64,000 bases of DNA from the human T2T-CHM13v2.0 reference genome, Homo sapiens (GCF_009914755.1 NC_060925.1); one strand, 5' to 3'; shown: positions 25,501 through 39,990, counted from the first letter of the stretch. The notes: generated by a model from the sequence alone, not told the origin. Numbers and translations are program-made.

Positions 25501-25899
25501 GGAATGTTTCATTTTGCATTAAGGTATTTTTTCCTACCTTTCTTCTGAACATGGAAGCCAAAGTAAGTTTCAGAGCATGCAAACCCTTTAGATTCTCCAT
25601 GCTTCTGCCCTAAAATGTTGATGTAATCTGGTATGGTTTTCTAATCACTTGTTTAATTGTCTGCAAGCTTCTCAAAGGCATAGACTACAGACAATGAATT
25701 GGCTGAATGAGTCACGGTAGCATGGAGTGAGGGAATGGGAAACAAATAGATTACACAGTCTGTTTTTCCAAGAGTTGCTTAAAACTCTGCAAGCAGCAAA
25801 CAAAAGAAGTGTGGCCTGCAGACATCTTCAGGGTAGGGAACAGTGAGCCCTCTTCACAGCCTCACTATACCATAGTTCCATCCTTGACCCTTGGTTTCT

Positions 25900-26870
25900 C
25901 CCTGTTTCTAATCCCCCAAAGCAATTCATTACCAAGCTATTTTGTTATTTCAGGCTAATATCTTCTCATATCTATATTACCACTGCAACATACCAATGAC
26001 GCTTCTCTAGTCTTACATCCTCTAAGTCAGGGGTATCCAATCTTTTGGCTTCCCTGGGCCACACGGGAAGAAGAAGAATTGTCTTGGGCCAAACATAAAC
26101 TACACTAACACTAATAGTAGCTGATGAGCTTTAAAAGTTGCAAAAAAAATCTTGTAATGTTTTAAGAAAGTTTACAAATTTGTGTTGGGCCACATTCAAA
26201 GCTGTCCCAGGCCACAGGCAGCCCAGAGGCCCCAGGTTGGACAAACTTGCTCTAAGTCATTATCCATACCAATACAGTATTTCTACAATGCACATCTGAT
26301 CTTGTCATTCCCTTGCTCAAAACATTTTAATGGTTCCTATCTCAATCAGAGTAAAAAGCAAACTCCTTAGGCTTATGATAGGGCCTGTCATCCAAAACCC
26401 TTCTGTTTACCTCTCCTGCCCATCTATCTTACCACCTAGACTCCTTTTTCCTTCTTCCCTACTCACACTTTCTAGGCACATTAAGCCATGTATGACCGCT
26501 GGGCCTTCCCTCTTCTAGCCTCAAGACTTTAGTACATGCTGTTTTCATAGATTGGAGCCCTGTACCTTTCCTCTTATCCCCCTCAGCCTGACTAACTTCT
26601 GCTTAGCCTTCAGGTCTCTGCCTCGTTATCACACCTGTCTGCAGGAAGCTTTCCCTGATACTCCAAATCTTAGTTTTATGCCCCTATATGTCTCTTCATG
26701 GAACCCTATGGTTACTCTCATTGCAGTACTTTCCACATGGCACTGCAACAGCCTGTGGACCTGTCTTCCTCGATAGATAGTGAGCTTTTCTTCTTTGTCA
26801 TTTCCCCAGCACTAAAACAGTAACTGGCCTATAATATGCTGCCTGCAAAGATCTGGTGAATGAATAAATG
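25900..26870 (+). mobile_element. L2, interrupted by MER30
   Basis: ccttgctcaaaacattttaatggttcc...caggaagctttccctga...tgaatgaataaatg tail. Confidence 0.75.
26028..26249. mobile_element. MER30 (hAT-Charlie)
   Basis: caggggtatccaatcttttggcttccctgggccaca...ggttggacaaacttg; perfect 8-bp TSD CTCTAAGT (26020-26027, 26250-26257). Confidence 0.95.
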
Positions 26871-27193
26871 TCCTGCAGGGATGGAGAAAACATGAGCATC
26901 TGGCCTGGAAAAAGAGGCTTCATGCTTTCTCTATATCCTGTCTGGGTTGAGCCAGCAAATGAGGTCAATATTTAATCAATTGATCAACTAAGTGCAGTTA
27001 AACTATAGCTTCTCATACAGAGTCAGAGATGAAAGAAAATTGAAGTTGGAATTTTCCTCAGAAAAAGAGTAAGCACTGATATTTCAAAGAGAAGATTCTT
27101 AGATGAAACATACCCATCTCCCGGTTGTACTGGCAGGTGGGATGTTATTAGCATCCCTGATAAGCAACAAGATGGAGCCCAGGGCTTATGTAT

Positions 27194-27196
<3 letters not shown>

Positions 27197-27258
<62 letters not shown>

Positions 27259-27273
27259 CCTCCCCCCCTCCCT

Positions 27274-27304
<31 letters not shown>

Positions 27305-27313
27305 CCTCCCTCT
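27197..27313. repeat. (CT)n/(CCCT)n polypyrimidine microsatellite
   Basis: About 115 nt of pure C/T on the + strand. Confidence 0.95.
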
Positions 27314-27438
27314 TACCCTCCACTCTCCTCTTGCCCAAGCAAAACAATCTTAAGAGAAGGGAAGTGCAATTACACAGTATCTGTTTAAAATTTAAGAGGA
27401 CAAAAATGAGTTGAGGGGTTTTTTTTTTATTTTTGCAG

Positions 27439-27657
27439 GAAACAAATTAGCCCACAGTAGACTTGTGCCTGCAAGCAGCCCATTTAATTTGGTTATTTCC
27501 TACACCTTGAGGCTAGCTTTTTCTCACTAATTCTGCCAACCTTTTTCCATATCAGGGCTTATCTCCTTGTTGTATCCAGAATCATATGACAAGCAAGAGT
27601 CCTAGAATATTTTATCTACCTAATCATCCCACTGCCTTATTCCAGAAAGAATCTAAG
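27439..27657 (+). ncRNA. Candidate spliced non-coding or 5'UTR exon (219 nt)
   Basis: Acceptor ttttttttttatttttgcag|GAAAC and donor TAAG|gtaatg; stops in all three frames; unique sequence. Confidence 0.5.
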
Positions 27658-27889
27658 GTAATGAGTCATTTTTTATAAGCACAGTCTCTCCCCTCCATTG
27701 ATGCCCAATGGTTTCAGCCAGTGCTTATTAAAATTTCATTAAGCATCTAGTTAAAAATCAGTTGTTAAAGTTCATGCTTCTAATATGCTTGGGATATTAA
27801 GGACATGAACCCTAAAATGACCATACAGGAAGTGCCTGCTTGTGGCTGTCTTGTTGCAGAAGATCGTTGTGCCAGTTTGAGCTGGCAGA

Positions 27890-29010
27890 GGAATTTGGAT
27901 CTCCATCCTGAGCTCCAGGATTATGTGCCCAACTGCCTACAGAAAATTGCCATTTGATGTCTCCATGGTCGTCTAAAATTTGAGATGCTCGAAATTTAGC
28001 TCACTATCTTACTCTCATCACAATACAGGGACTAAGAGCACAGAATCTGGTGCCAGACTGCCTGAGTTCAAATCCTTGTTCTACCACCTTACCAGCTACA
28101 AATGGGAAAATGACTTAATCTCTCTGGGCCTCTCTTTCTTCACCTATAAAATATGAATACTAATACTGCCTAGGTCTATCTTCTTTTCTCTGCATTCTTC
28201 GTGGGACAATTCTCCTCACTTTCTCCCTAGGTCTTGCTTTTCTCCAAACTCCACAGTGCCTTGTGTATGCCTCAATCATGGTCCTTACTACTCTGCATGG
28301 CATTTGTCTGTTCACTTGGCTATCTCCTCTTTCCTTTGATTTTCTTGATGATGGATCTGAACGGTATGGTTAAGATGAAAAACTCTGGAGTCATTCTGCC
28401 AGATTTCAATTCCAGCTCTATCACTTCCTAGCTGTGTGGTTTTAGGTAAGTTACCTAAACTCTCTGTGCTTCCATTTTCTTACCTACAAGGGTAATAGAA
28501 ATACCTACTTCATAGGACTGCTGTGAAAATAAAGTGAGTTACTTCATGAAATGTGCTTGATTCTCTTCCTGCCACAAAATAACATAAGTAAATAGAGGTC
28601 ATTATTACTATTATTATTATTAAACTGGACCTATTATTAATTGGGACCTCAAACTGTGCCTAGCAAAAAGCTGGCAACTTAAAAATAGGTATAAAGCTAA
28701 AAAAAGACACAATACCCCTACTTGGGACAGATTTAGCTCCTCCTCACTGGGCAGCAAATGTTTGCAGAGCACTTAGGCCTTGCTGTTCCACTGCTACTGC
28801 ATCCTCAGGAAGGGAGGCCCTCAAGGACTGTTGCGTAAGACACTGTGCCACTTGTTGCAGAAGGAAGAGTGTGAACTTTGAACTCAGAAGTCCTAAGTCT
28901 GCCAGCAAAAACCTCCGATACTCTGGACAAATTACTTAACATCTCCAAGTTTCCTCATCTGTAAAATGGAAAATAATCATATCTACTTTGCAATGAGCAT
29001 CTATTAAAGT
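27890..29010 (+). mobile_element. Interleaved L2 and MIR fragments
   Basis: ccagactgcctgagttcaaatcc; taggtaagttacctaaactctctgtgc; tttcctcatctgtaaaatgg. Confidence 0.75.
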
Positions 29011-29939
29011 TAGGAAAAAAAGACAATTTCTCAGCTTTATTGCAAAACCATTCTAACTAATCAAAACTTACACAAAACTCAACAGAAGAAGGTAGTAATA
29101 GTGAATGTTGGCACAATGTTAATAGGGAGGGAAACAAGGTCATTAAAGAGAGCTCCAAGTGTACATTGGAGATGAGGAATTGATATAAATCTTTTTTGAT
29201 ATTTTTCTGAGATCCTGGAAAGAAGGAACTTGAACAAGAAGTGTCAAGTGGAAGAGTGTTGATCATTTACAGCCTGTTCTGGTGTCTGTCTTCGATTCAT
29301 TCTGGGTCGGCCTCATACAGTAGATGAACTACACATATGACCATGATTGTTCCACCTACCTTTACCCTAGGTTAGTTAAAGGGGTTGGTTTCCTGCTAGA
29401 CCCAATGCTGAGCCCAGCACCTGGCATGTGGAAATAGTCAATAAGTATTTGTTGAATTGTTGCAACTTCTTTTAAAAGAAGTCTTATTTAATACAAAACA
29501 TCTTTAAAATGTATTGACATCTACTATCTCTTTTATCCACTGCTGAATTTTTTAGCCTTCTAAAATTCATTCCCTTCTAGGCTACTAAGGTAACTCTATA
29601 GGTTCTGTTCAAAATCGATTCTCCTTCCCTATATTCCAGATTCAACAAAAAGGTACCAGCAAATGACCAGTTGAACAGGTTTAAAACTTTGGTTAGCCCT
29701 CTCCTCTGAATTCTGGTTTCAAATATTTCAGTGTCTACTCAATATTGCTGTTTGGATATTATACCAGTCAAGCTCCCTGGAGGTAAAGCCCTTATTCTCT
29801 CCATCCTGGAAACTCCAGCTTACCTGTTGGAGGGGCTTCCACCCTCAAAGTATAGGCTTCTCTCTCTTTGCATCTCCTAGGCAAATTCTCCTCAATGACA
29901 CTAAAATAAGTATAAAAATATGTGTTGGTTTTCCCCCAC

Positions 29940-31292
29940 TAAATTAAAATATAAGCCTTATTGCTTTTTCTGAATATATAAATAATACATTCTTATTATT
30001 AGAAAGTTGAGCAAATTCATGTAATTATAAGGAAGAAAGTTAAAAAAAATTACTTAAGTCCCACCACTCAGAGACTATCATCATTAGTAGCACTATGTGA
30101 CCAAATTTTCATATCCTTCTTTAGACACATACATACCATACTTTTTTATGTATAAATAAGTTTGTATTATACATACCTTTTAAAAATTCAAAACACCTCT
30201 TCCGTGATCTTAATCTTTCTGTTTACTCATCTCTCCTCCTTTCTCCTCACCCCTCTCCCTCACATTATTCCTGACCCAAGAGCCAAAGTTAACATGTTGG
30301 TATACAGCCTTCCACCCTTCTTTTCATGCTCATTAGTTATGTATGAATATATAAGTACATATATTGGGCTTTGTGGTCATTTATGTTACAAAACTTAGAT
30401 TACCTAACAGTTACTTCTCTTTAGCTCATAAGAAAAACTTTGTGAGTCAATCAGTATTGGTAGAACTCGTTCTTTATCAACAGCTGCATAATATCAATGC
30501 ACAGCAATTTATTCAACCAATCTGCTACTGATGAACATTCAGAATGTTTCTGATTTTGTCATTATAAATAATGTTGTAATGTTCTTTTTCAAACTGCTGT
30601 ATTTATTTCTAAAGGAGAAATTCTCCAAAAGTGAACTGATATTAAAATGTATGTGCATTTTCAAGTTATTATAGATATTTCCAGACTATAAGGCTCTAAG
30701 GTTGTAATACTTCAATTTCACCAGCATTGTACATTAATGGTACTCACTGATTAAAATTTTTAATTGCAGCATAATAGAAAAATGGATAAAAAAATTTACT
30801 GAAGGGCAAATACAAATAGCCAATAAATACAATCAGTGTTTTTCCTTCTAGTTTTCTTCTGTTTTTCTACTAGAATTAGGCTTCTAATACTCTGTCTTGC
30901 ACTTACCCTTATTCTCTCCTAATTTTTCTTCTAAAATTTTTATAACCTTATACTTTATACTTAAATTTGTAACACTTTTGGGATTTATTTTTATATATAA
31001 TGAAAGGTAAGAGTACAATTTGTATTTTTTATTTCTAAATAAAATAAAGTCATGCCAACATCATTTATTAAATAAATGATTCTTTTCCCCAAAAATTGAA
31101 ATATTACTTTTGGCATATGACAACTTCCCATAGCCATTGGGATATATTTATTTGCTCTCTATTCTATTCCATTGGCATTTTATGCCAATACTATATTATT
31201 CTAATTACAGTGGCTCTAGGGGATTATTTAATCTATAGAAAAATATCACTGCTTTTCTTTTTAATAATTTTGTTGACTATTTTCATTTAATC
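29940..31292 (-). mobile_element. Old L1ME fragment (host of the L1MC/MD insertion; resumes about 35427-35500)
   Basis: Decayed antisense L1 3'/ORF2 motifs (tttattcaacca, gccaacatcatttattaaata, tttatgccaatac). Confidence 0.6.
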
Positions 31293-32967
31293 TTCCATAC
31301 ATTCTTTTTTATAAAATTATTATTTTTACTTGAGATAATTGTAGATTCACTTGCTGTTGTAGAAATAATAGAGAAATTCCATAATTCTTCCCATGGTAAC
31401 ACACTGAAAAACTGTAGTGCAATATCACAATCAGCATACTGACATTGATACAGTCAAGATATAGAACATTTCCTTCCTCACAAGGAATGCTTGTGTTGCT
31501 CTATTATAGTCATATCCGCTTCTCTCCTGCCCTCATCTGCTCCTTAGCCACTCATACATTCTAAATTTATATAATTTTGTCATTTCAAGAATGTTATATG
31601 AATGCAATCATGCAGTGTATAACCTTTTGAGATGGGACTTTTTCATTCAGCTTAATTCCGTTAAGACTTATCCAAGTCGTTGCCTAAATCAATGGTTCAT
31701 TCTTTTAAATTGATAAGTAGTATTTCATGGTTTCAGTGTACCAAAATTTGCTTAATCATTCATTGTTGAAAAACATCTGGATCATTCTCATTTACAGGAT
31801 ATTACAAATAAAGCTGATATCAACATTTACATACAGGTTTCTTTGTGAATGTATGTTTTCATTTCTCTAGAATAAATGCTCAAGAGTGTAATTTCTAGGT
31901 TGTATGCTAGTTGCATGTATAGCTTTATAAGAAATGAGCAAACTATATTCCAGAATGCCTATACCAGTTTACATGCCCACCAGCAATATATGAGTGACTC
32001 AGTTTCTCTCCATTCTTGTCAGCATTTGTGTTGTCACTATTTTTTGTTGCAGCCATTTGGATAGATGTGTAGTAATATCTTATTATGGTTTTAATTTGCA
32101 GTTCTCAAATGGCAATAATATTTAACATCTTTTCATTTGCTGTTTTCCATCGACATATCTTCTTCGACATATAGTGACATATATGTGCACATCTTTTGTT
32201 CATATATTTTGTCCACTTGCTTCAGCAACATAGTTGAAAAAGCTATCTTCCTCCACTAAATTGCTTTGGGACCTCTGTCAAACATCAGTTGGGCATATTG
32301 GTTTGGGTTATTTATTTCTGGTTTCTCTATTCTGTATTAATTAATCTCCAGGTCTAGCCCTCTGCCTAAATATCACACAGACTTGATTACTGTAGCTATA
32401 TAATAAGTCTTGAAATCATGTAGGCTGATTTCTCCCACTTTACTCTTTATTTTCAATTTTGTTTTACCAATTCTGGTTCCTTTATCTTTTCATATATGTT
32501 TTAAAATAATCTTTCTCACATTTAGAAAAAATCTTAGGTTAAACCTGTTATCAACTGCGGAGGACCAACACCTTTACTATGTTGAATTTTCCAATCCATG
32601 AATATGACATGTCTCTTCACATATTTGTATCTTCTTTAATATCTTTCATCAATGTTTTATATTTTTCAGCACACAAGTTCTTTACATATTTTGTTAGAAT
32701 TATGTCTAAGTATCTAATTTTTAAGTGACCCTAAGTGGTATCATTTTTAATTTCAGTAATTATTTTAATTTCAGTGTCCATGTGCTCATTGCCAGTACCT
32801 AGAAATACAGTTAACTTTTGTATATTTATACTATATTCTGTGACCTATCTAAACTCATGTAAACTTTCGGTTCTACATGGTTTTTTTGTAGATTCTTTGG
32901 GATTTTTCTATTAAGACAATCATGTTATTTGCAAATAAGGACTGATTTATTTCTTCTTTTCTGATAC

Positions 32968-33352
32968 TATATTAGTCCATTCTCACACTGCTATAAAGAA
33001 CTATCTGAGACTGGGTAATTTATGAAAAAAAGAGATTTAATTGACTCATAATTCTGGAGGCTTAAATGGAATCATGACTAGGAGGCCTCAGGAAACTTAC
33101 AATCATGGTGGAAGGCAAAAGGGAAGCAAGCAGGTCTTACCATGGTGGAGCAGGAGAGAGAGAGGGAGCAAGGTGGAAAATGCCACACTTAAAACCACCA
33201 GATCTCATCACAACTCACTTACTATCATGAGAACAGCAAGGGTGAAATCTGCCCCCATGATACAATCACCTCCCACCAGGCTCCTCCTTTGACACATGGG
33301 GGTTACAATTTGAGATGAGATTTGAGTGGAGACACAGAGCCAAACAATATCA
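32968..33352 (-). mobile_element. THE1/MSTA-type MaLR solo LTR
   Basis: tattagtccattctcacactgctataaagaa...gaggcctcaggaaacttacaatcatgg...caaacaatatca; perfect TSD GATAC. Confidence 0.93.
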
Positions 33353-33763
33353 GATACATATATCTTTTGTTTTCTTTTCTTGCCTTGCTGCCCTGGCTAG
33401 AATTTCTAGTACTATGGAGTAAGAGTAGACATTCTTTCCCTGTTGCCAATTTTAGAGGAAAAGCCATTCAGCCTTTTACCATTAAGTAGAAGTTAACTAT
33501 AGGGTTTTTATAGATCTTCTCAGTCAAGTTGAGAAATTTCCCTTTATTCCTATTTTTCTTAAGAGGTTTTACTATGAATGGGTATTGAATTTTGTCAACT
33601 TTTTGCATCAATTGATATGCTTATGTGATTTTTCTTCTTTAGCCTATTAATATGGTATATTACACAATTGATTTCAAAAGTTGAACCAGAATTATATCTG
33701 TGGAATAAACTCCACTAGGTCACAATATAAACTTTATTTGATATATTGTCTAATTCCATTTGC

Positions 33764-34560
<797 letters not shown>

Positions 34561-34675
34561 TGAGATGTTTCCTTACATACTGGCAAGGGTGGAAGTCTAG
34601 GCTCCTTACTTAGCCTTTGCTGGTATGGATGTGGGTGGTGCCACAGTTTTTTCTGTGGCATTTGGCTGAAGCAGT

Positions 34676-35122
34676 TGTGATGATTAATTTTATATGTTGA
34701 CTTCACTAGGCCAAGAGGTATCTACAGATTTCGTCAGATATCATTCTGGGTGTGTTATGTTTGGATTAGTAGAGTACAGAAAGCAGATTTCCCTCCATGG
34801 TGTGAGTGTGCCCCTCCAACCAGCTGGAGGCCTACGTAGAAAAACAAAAAAAAAGCTGACCCTCTAGAGTAAATAGAAATTCCTCTTGCCTGACTGCCTT
34901 CAAAGTAGGACATAGTATTTTTCACTATCTTAGACTTGAATTGAAACATTGACTTTACCTGGGTCTGAAGCTTGCCAATGGAAGGTCATGGAACTTGTCA
35001 GCCCTGAATGAGCCAAAACCATACATATACACATATATGTGTGTGTGTGTGTGTGTGTGTGTCTGTGTGTCTGTGTATACATTCTCTGGGTTCTGTTTGT
35101 TTGGATAATCTTGGGTAATAGA
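34676..35122 (+). mobile_element. MLT2 (ERVL) solo LTR with internal (TG)n
   Basis: tgtgatgattaattttatatg start; ggttctgttt..ttgga...taata end; TSD gcagt/gtagt. Confidence 0.85.
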
Positions 35123-36910
35123 GTAGTTGTTATCTAAACATACCTTGTCCTGCTATCTTGCTCTTTTCTGGCCCCTTTGGCTAAAGAACAGGCTTTCACT
35201 GGGACTTTTTCCATCTGGGTCTGTTGGAAATTTCTTGGTTGATGGCTTCTTCAGTTACAAGTCTGGAATAAAGGAGGCAAAAGAAAACCCATTCTTGCCT
35301 TTCAGAGTCTTCTTATGTTTGTTTTATATATAGTGTCACGGTTTTCAGTTGTACTTAGTGGAAGGAATAGAGAAGTATGTATCTACTTCATTTTTCTGGG
35401 AGTTGAAGTTTCCCATATCTTCTTTAAAGTCATGTTATTCAATTTAAAACATTGGGACATCCATTGAAATTGCATTTAATTCATGTATTTAACTCTGGAG
35501 ACATCTTGTTCCTGTTAGGAAGAAGAAATGCATGCTATTTGAACACAAAACACCACAAATGTTCTGTACACTCCCACAGTGCTTAATACATTGCTGAGAA
35601 CATACGAGGCACCCCATGAATCCTTGCAGTTTCATGTGTTCATCCCTGTCTATTCAATTATCATTCTGATCATGCTTCTTTAATCACTTGTCTACATTAA
35701 CATTTACTAAGGCAATCATTTGGAAACAAGTTCCTGGAAAGCTTCATCCAGTGGGGTTTTACACAGTTTCTTTTCATACATACTCAGAACAAAAAATCAC
35801 AATGAAAACAGTAGAACCAGAAAGAAACATGGAAATTTTCTACAGACAGTCAGCAATAAAATAACCTCCCATCCAGGGAGGCTTGATAGTGTAGTTACCT
35901 CTGCTTAACTTCCAGGCAGGGTCCCCAGAGGTCTCAAGGGATACAAAGATGTAAGAGTATTGACTAGAAACGAACAGAATAATTTGGGGACAACTGCTAC
36001 AACATGGAAGTCAGTGAGTAGACTTTAACTCTCACTTTTATAAGTAGTTCTGTAATAACACTTCACTCTCTCACTCCTTAAAGGCAGGGCTCCAGCTTAT
36101 TCTCCTTTTTTACATTTTCTGTGTGTCTTCCAATGAAATGATCTGACACATGTAGTTTGGGTTCCTGAGCAAAGATCCTTCTGCAGAGGCCTAGTATGTA
36201 CTAGTTTGTCTCTTCTAGAGATAGAAAATGAAACTCTCATGTATCTATTCCCTAGAACATGAAAACCACCACTTGATTGCTAATCTTGTCACTTGGAAAG
36301 TGTTAATTTGTATTAGTTGAAGGCAGATCATCTTGGTCTTTGTTAATATTGTGTTTCTATTCATTTTTGCAATAGAGAAAACACTACTCTAATTGAAAGG
36401 CAGCTCCACAGATTCCCAGGTAAGGATAAGAGAAGTATTGCTAATTTGCTCAGTGTCACACCTGCTTTGTTCTTCATTATACCAAGAGAAAAGTCAAAGC
36501 TCTCAGATATCCTGCAGGGAGAAAGAGGTGTGTCTGGTTCCAGTTGTTGCCTAGGAACCCAGGCAATCCCAGAGGGCAAAGGATAGCCCTCTCCTTACCC
36601 AAAACCTTCATACTAAAATGTAATAATTCCCTCCTTGCAATAATAAACTGTTATTCCAAACTTATTTATTCATTCACTCATAAAAATATTATTGAGGACC
36701 CAATAATATTCTTAGGCACCAGATATATATCTCAATAATACCTCTAGGCACCAGAGATATAGCCATGAAAAGAGAGACAAGGTTTCTTTCTTCAGATAAC
36801 TTGCACATGGTGAGGGAGACAGATATGTAATGTAATTTCAGCAATTAATAAGGGCTACGAAGAAATGCAAAACACGGCAAGGTAATGATGGCAGCAGGAG
36901 TACTATTTTA

Positions 36911-37118
36911 CTTATTTTTAAGTTTTATTTTATTTTTAGTGGACACATAATAATTGGACATATTTATGGGACACAGTGTGATGTTTGAATATATTTATAC
37001 ATAGTGTAATGATCAAATCAGGGTAATTATCATATCCATCACCTCAAACACTTACAATTTCTTTGTGAAAAGATCATTCAAAATCCTCTCTTCTAGCTAT
37101 CTTGAAATATATAATACA
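36911..37118 (-). mobile_element. L1MA 3' end (5'-truncated)
   Basis: acataataattg.acatatttatggg.acagtgtgatgttt...tgtaatgatcaaatcagggtaatt...aaaatcctctcttctagctat. Confidence 0.9.
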
Positions 37119-37505
37119 GGAATTAGACTCCCTCCCCTCCACCAGGAATTAGAGGTCTACCTCCCCGAGAAATGCATCCCTCAAGAACCTAGGACACTGT
37201 CAATCCATTTCAGTCACTTTTTTTCCCTGTAATGTGTCTTGCGTAGTGTTTACGAGCTTTTTCTTTCCTTTTTCTGCATTAGTAAAGCTAATAATAAATG
37301 CATAGAGCAATATTTTTAAAGGAGTGCTATTTTAGATAGAGTGGCCATGGTGGCACCTGGAAGGGAAGATATTTGAGCAGAGACCTGATGAAGTAAGAGA
37401 GCAAAATGATGCGAAGTTATGGCGGCAGGGCTTTCACAATGAAGTGAGCAAGTACAAAGGCCTGAAAGCAGGGTACTCCTGCATGTGTCTGAAAAACAGT
37501 GAGGA

Positions 37506-39305
37506 CAGAGCAATGTCCCCTTTACACTAGGCAAAAGGGGCTCCTGCCTTTGGCCTCTGTTTTAAAAAGACTTGTAGATCACAAACATATACATACACAA
37601 ATGGCAGGCACATGGGTGTCTATCATGCAGAAGCTGGCGATTTGCTCTGGTTACATCACAACCTGCAGTTTTAAACAGCTGCCCTCATGACTCACTCTCT
37701 CCAGGTTCCAGGGAATTGTCCATATGTCTTGACTTACATGCTCAAAACAAAAGGCAACTGTGTCTGAATGCCAGGGTTGGAGGTTCGCTGTGCTGACACA
37801 CAGGTTTGGAATGCAGTGAGTGAGGTTTATAGACATGAAAGCACTTTAGCTTAAAAAAAAAAGACAAACTAATTAACTTGTCAAATCCTAAGAAAGCATA
37901 AATACAATTGATTTTTGCATAATGAAAATTGTTTCTCAGATTGTTGATGTTCTTGCTTCTCTTTCCATTCCATTTCCCAGCGCTAGCAGTGTTCACAAAT
38001 TAGGGTGGTATTGGCAACAGTTACATATGGAAGCTGAGGAACATTTTACAATACTAAACAGTACATATTTATCTCAAGTTTGTCTGTATATAGGTCTGGA
38101 TGTGATAGGTATGAAGTGCAATACTGAGACAACTAGATAAACACTAAGCTCTAGAATTGTGCATATTTTACATTATAAAAATATTAAAAATATTTAATTG
38201 AGTTTTCTTTTTTTAACTTTTAGGTTCAGGGGTACATCTGCAACTTTGTTATATAGGTAAACTGAGTGTCACAGAGGTTTGGTGTGTAAATTATTTTGTC
38301 ACCCAGGTAATAAGTATAGTACCCAATAGATATTTTTTCTGATCATCTCTCTCCTCCCACCCTCCACCCTCAAGTAGGCCCCAGTGTCTATTGTTCCCCT
38401 CATAGTGTCCATGTATTCTCATTGTTTAGATCCCACTTAAAAGTGAGAACATGTGCTATTTGGTTTTCTGTCCCTTTGTTGGTTTGCCTAGGATAATGAC
38501 CTCTAACTCCACCCATGTTGCTCCAAAGGACATGATCTCATTCCTTTGTATGGCTGCATAGTATTCCATGGTATATATGTACCACATTTTCTTTATCTAG
38601 TCTACCATAGATGGGCATTTAGGTTAATTCCATGTCTTCACTATTGTGCATAGTGCTGCAATGAACATATATAGGCATGTGTCTTTTCAGTCGAATGATT
38701 TGTATTCCTTTGGGTATATACCCAATAATACGGTTGCTGGGTTGAATGATAATTCTGTTTTAAGTTCTTTGAGAAATCACCACAGTACTTTCCGCAATGG
38801 CTGAATTAATTTACACAGCCACCAGCAGTGTATAAGTGTTCTCTTTTCTCCACTATCTCACTAGCATCTGTTATTTTTGAATTTTCAAAAGATTAAATAA
38901 TATTTCAGCTTTCTTTTCTAATTTTATTTAAAATTTGGATAGTCAATTATAATTTGCATTTGCCTTTTAATTGTAATAAACAATATTGACTATTTTAGAA
39001 AAAACTAACCCTTGAAATATAGAAAAGTACTTTAATCCTTTAATTTTATTAAACACCTAGACATGTGCAATAATCATTAAATTCAGTTATCTGATATTTT
39101 GCAGCCCTTCAGTTACATAAAAACCAAAAATCATAGCTTCACATGTGCTTTTTCTGTTTTTGTTATTAGAAAGGTACATTTTCCTGAGTAGGAGAATAGA
39201 ACATATTTAACAGTTTATTAGCTTAATTTATAATTTTTAGTATTTAGATATATGATTTTCAACTTTTACCTCTCGTCTGGGTCCCACAGATGTTATGGAT
39301 GTCTG
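37506..39305. mobile_element. Probable old hAT-Tip100-type DNA transposon, interrupted by L1PA
   Basis: Cleanly interrupts L2; right end gggtcccacagatgttatggatgtctg resembles MER45/Tip100-type termini; no TSD recognised. Confidence 0.5.
38203..38887 (-). mobile_element. L1PA15/16-type 3' fragment
   Basis: ttaggttcaggggtacat...ctcctcccaccctccaccctcaagtaggccccagtgtc...aagtgagaacatg. Confidence 0.9.
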
Positions 39306-39739
39306 GGTCAATGAACCTGGAGACTTGTCTAGTTCATGTAGGGTCCTGTAGACCATGATAAGGAATTTGGATTTGATTCGAAGTTTAATGGTAATCATTG
39401 GATTGTTCTGAGCTGGGTACTGGCCAACTGGAAGCCCATTTCTATTTTGCAGGATCAGTGCAACTTTAATTAACTGGAAACCAAAAGATCAGATCAAGGA
39501 TTTCTCCCCCTCCCATCACTCCTAACTAGAAAACTCTAGAACTGTCCTAGGGTTTCCAACACCATTTCAGACCACAAAGTCTAATTTAGTGAGTGGTCTG
39601 ACTTACCCAACACATGATGGACAGCTGAAGTAAAAAAGAGATTTCCCTTAAGTAAGACATAATTTCCCCTTGGGTGGCCTTGACTTTCCGCATGCAAACA
39701 ATGGATAAAATAGATTGATTTTCTAGGATGACCATATGC

Positions 39740-39990
39740 CATATTCAGACAGTATATTCTCTGCAGTCAGGCTGTCTGCTTTGAATCTTGGCTTCTCCAC
39801 TCTCTAGAGCTATATGCCCTTGGAACAATTTACTTGACCTTTCTCTCTCCCTGTGTGTGCGGATGAGGGGTGTTAATGATAATATCTGCCTTATAAGATT
39901 GTTGTGAAGATTAAATGAAATAAACTACACAAAATTTACAACAGGACCTAGTGTATTTTAAGCACTTAAAATATTTTTTATGTATCATTA
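39740..39990 (+). mobile_element. MIR
   Basis: ttgaatcttggct...gttgtgaagattaaatga. Confidence 0.7.

Larger units (their letters stand above)
36660..39420 (-). mobile_element. L2 split by nested insertions (pieces about 36660-36910, 37320-37505, 39306-39420)
   Basis: ttcattcactca..attattgag tail; tttgagcagagacctga; ccatgataaggaatttggattt. Confidence 0.75.

Noticed and set aside
27103-27414. 103-aa Ser/Leu-rich ORF
   Set aside because: Length is explained by the stop-free CT microsatellite
27439-27657. Assigning the candidate exon to a named gene or lncRNA
   Set aside because: I do not recognise the sequence with enough certainty; needs a genome alignment
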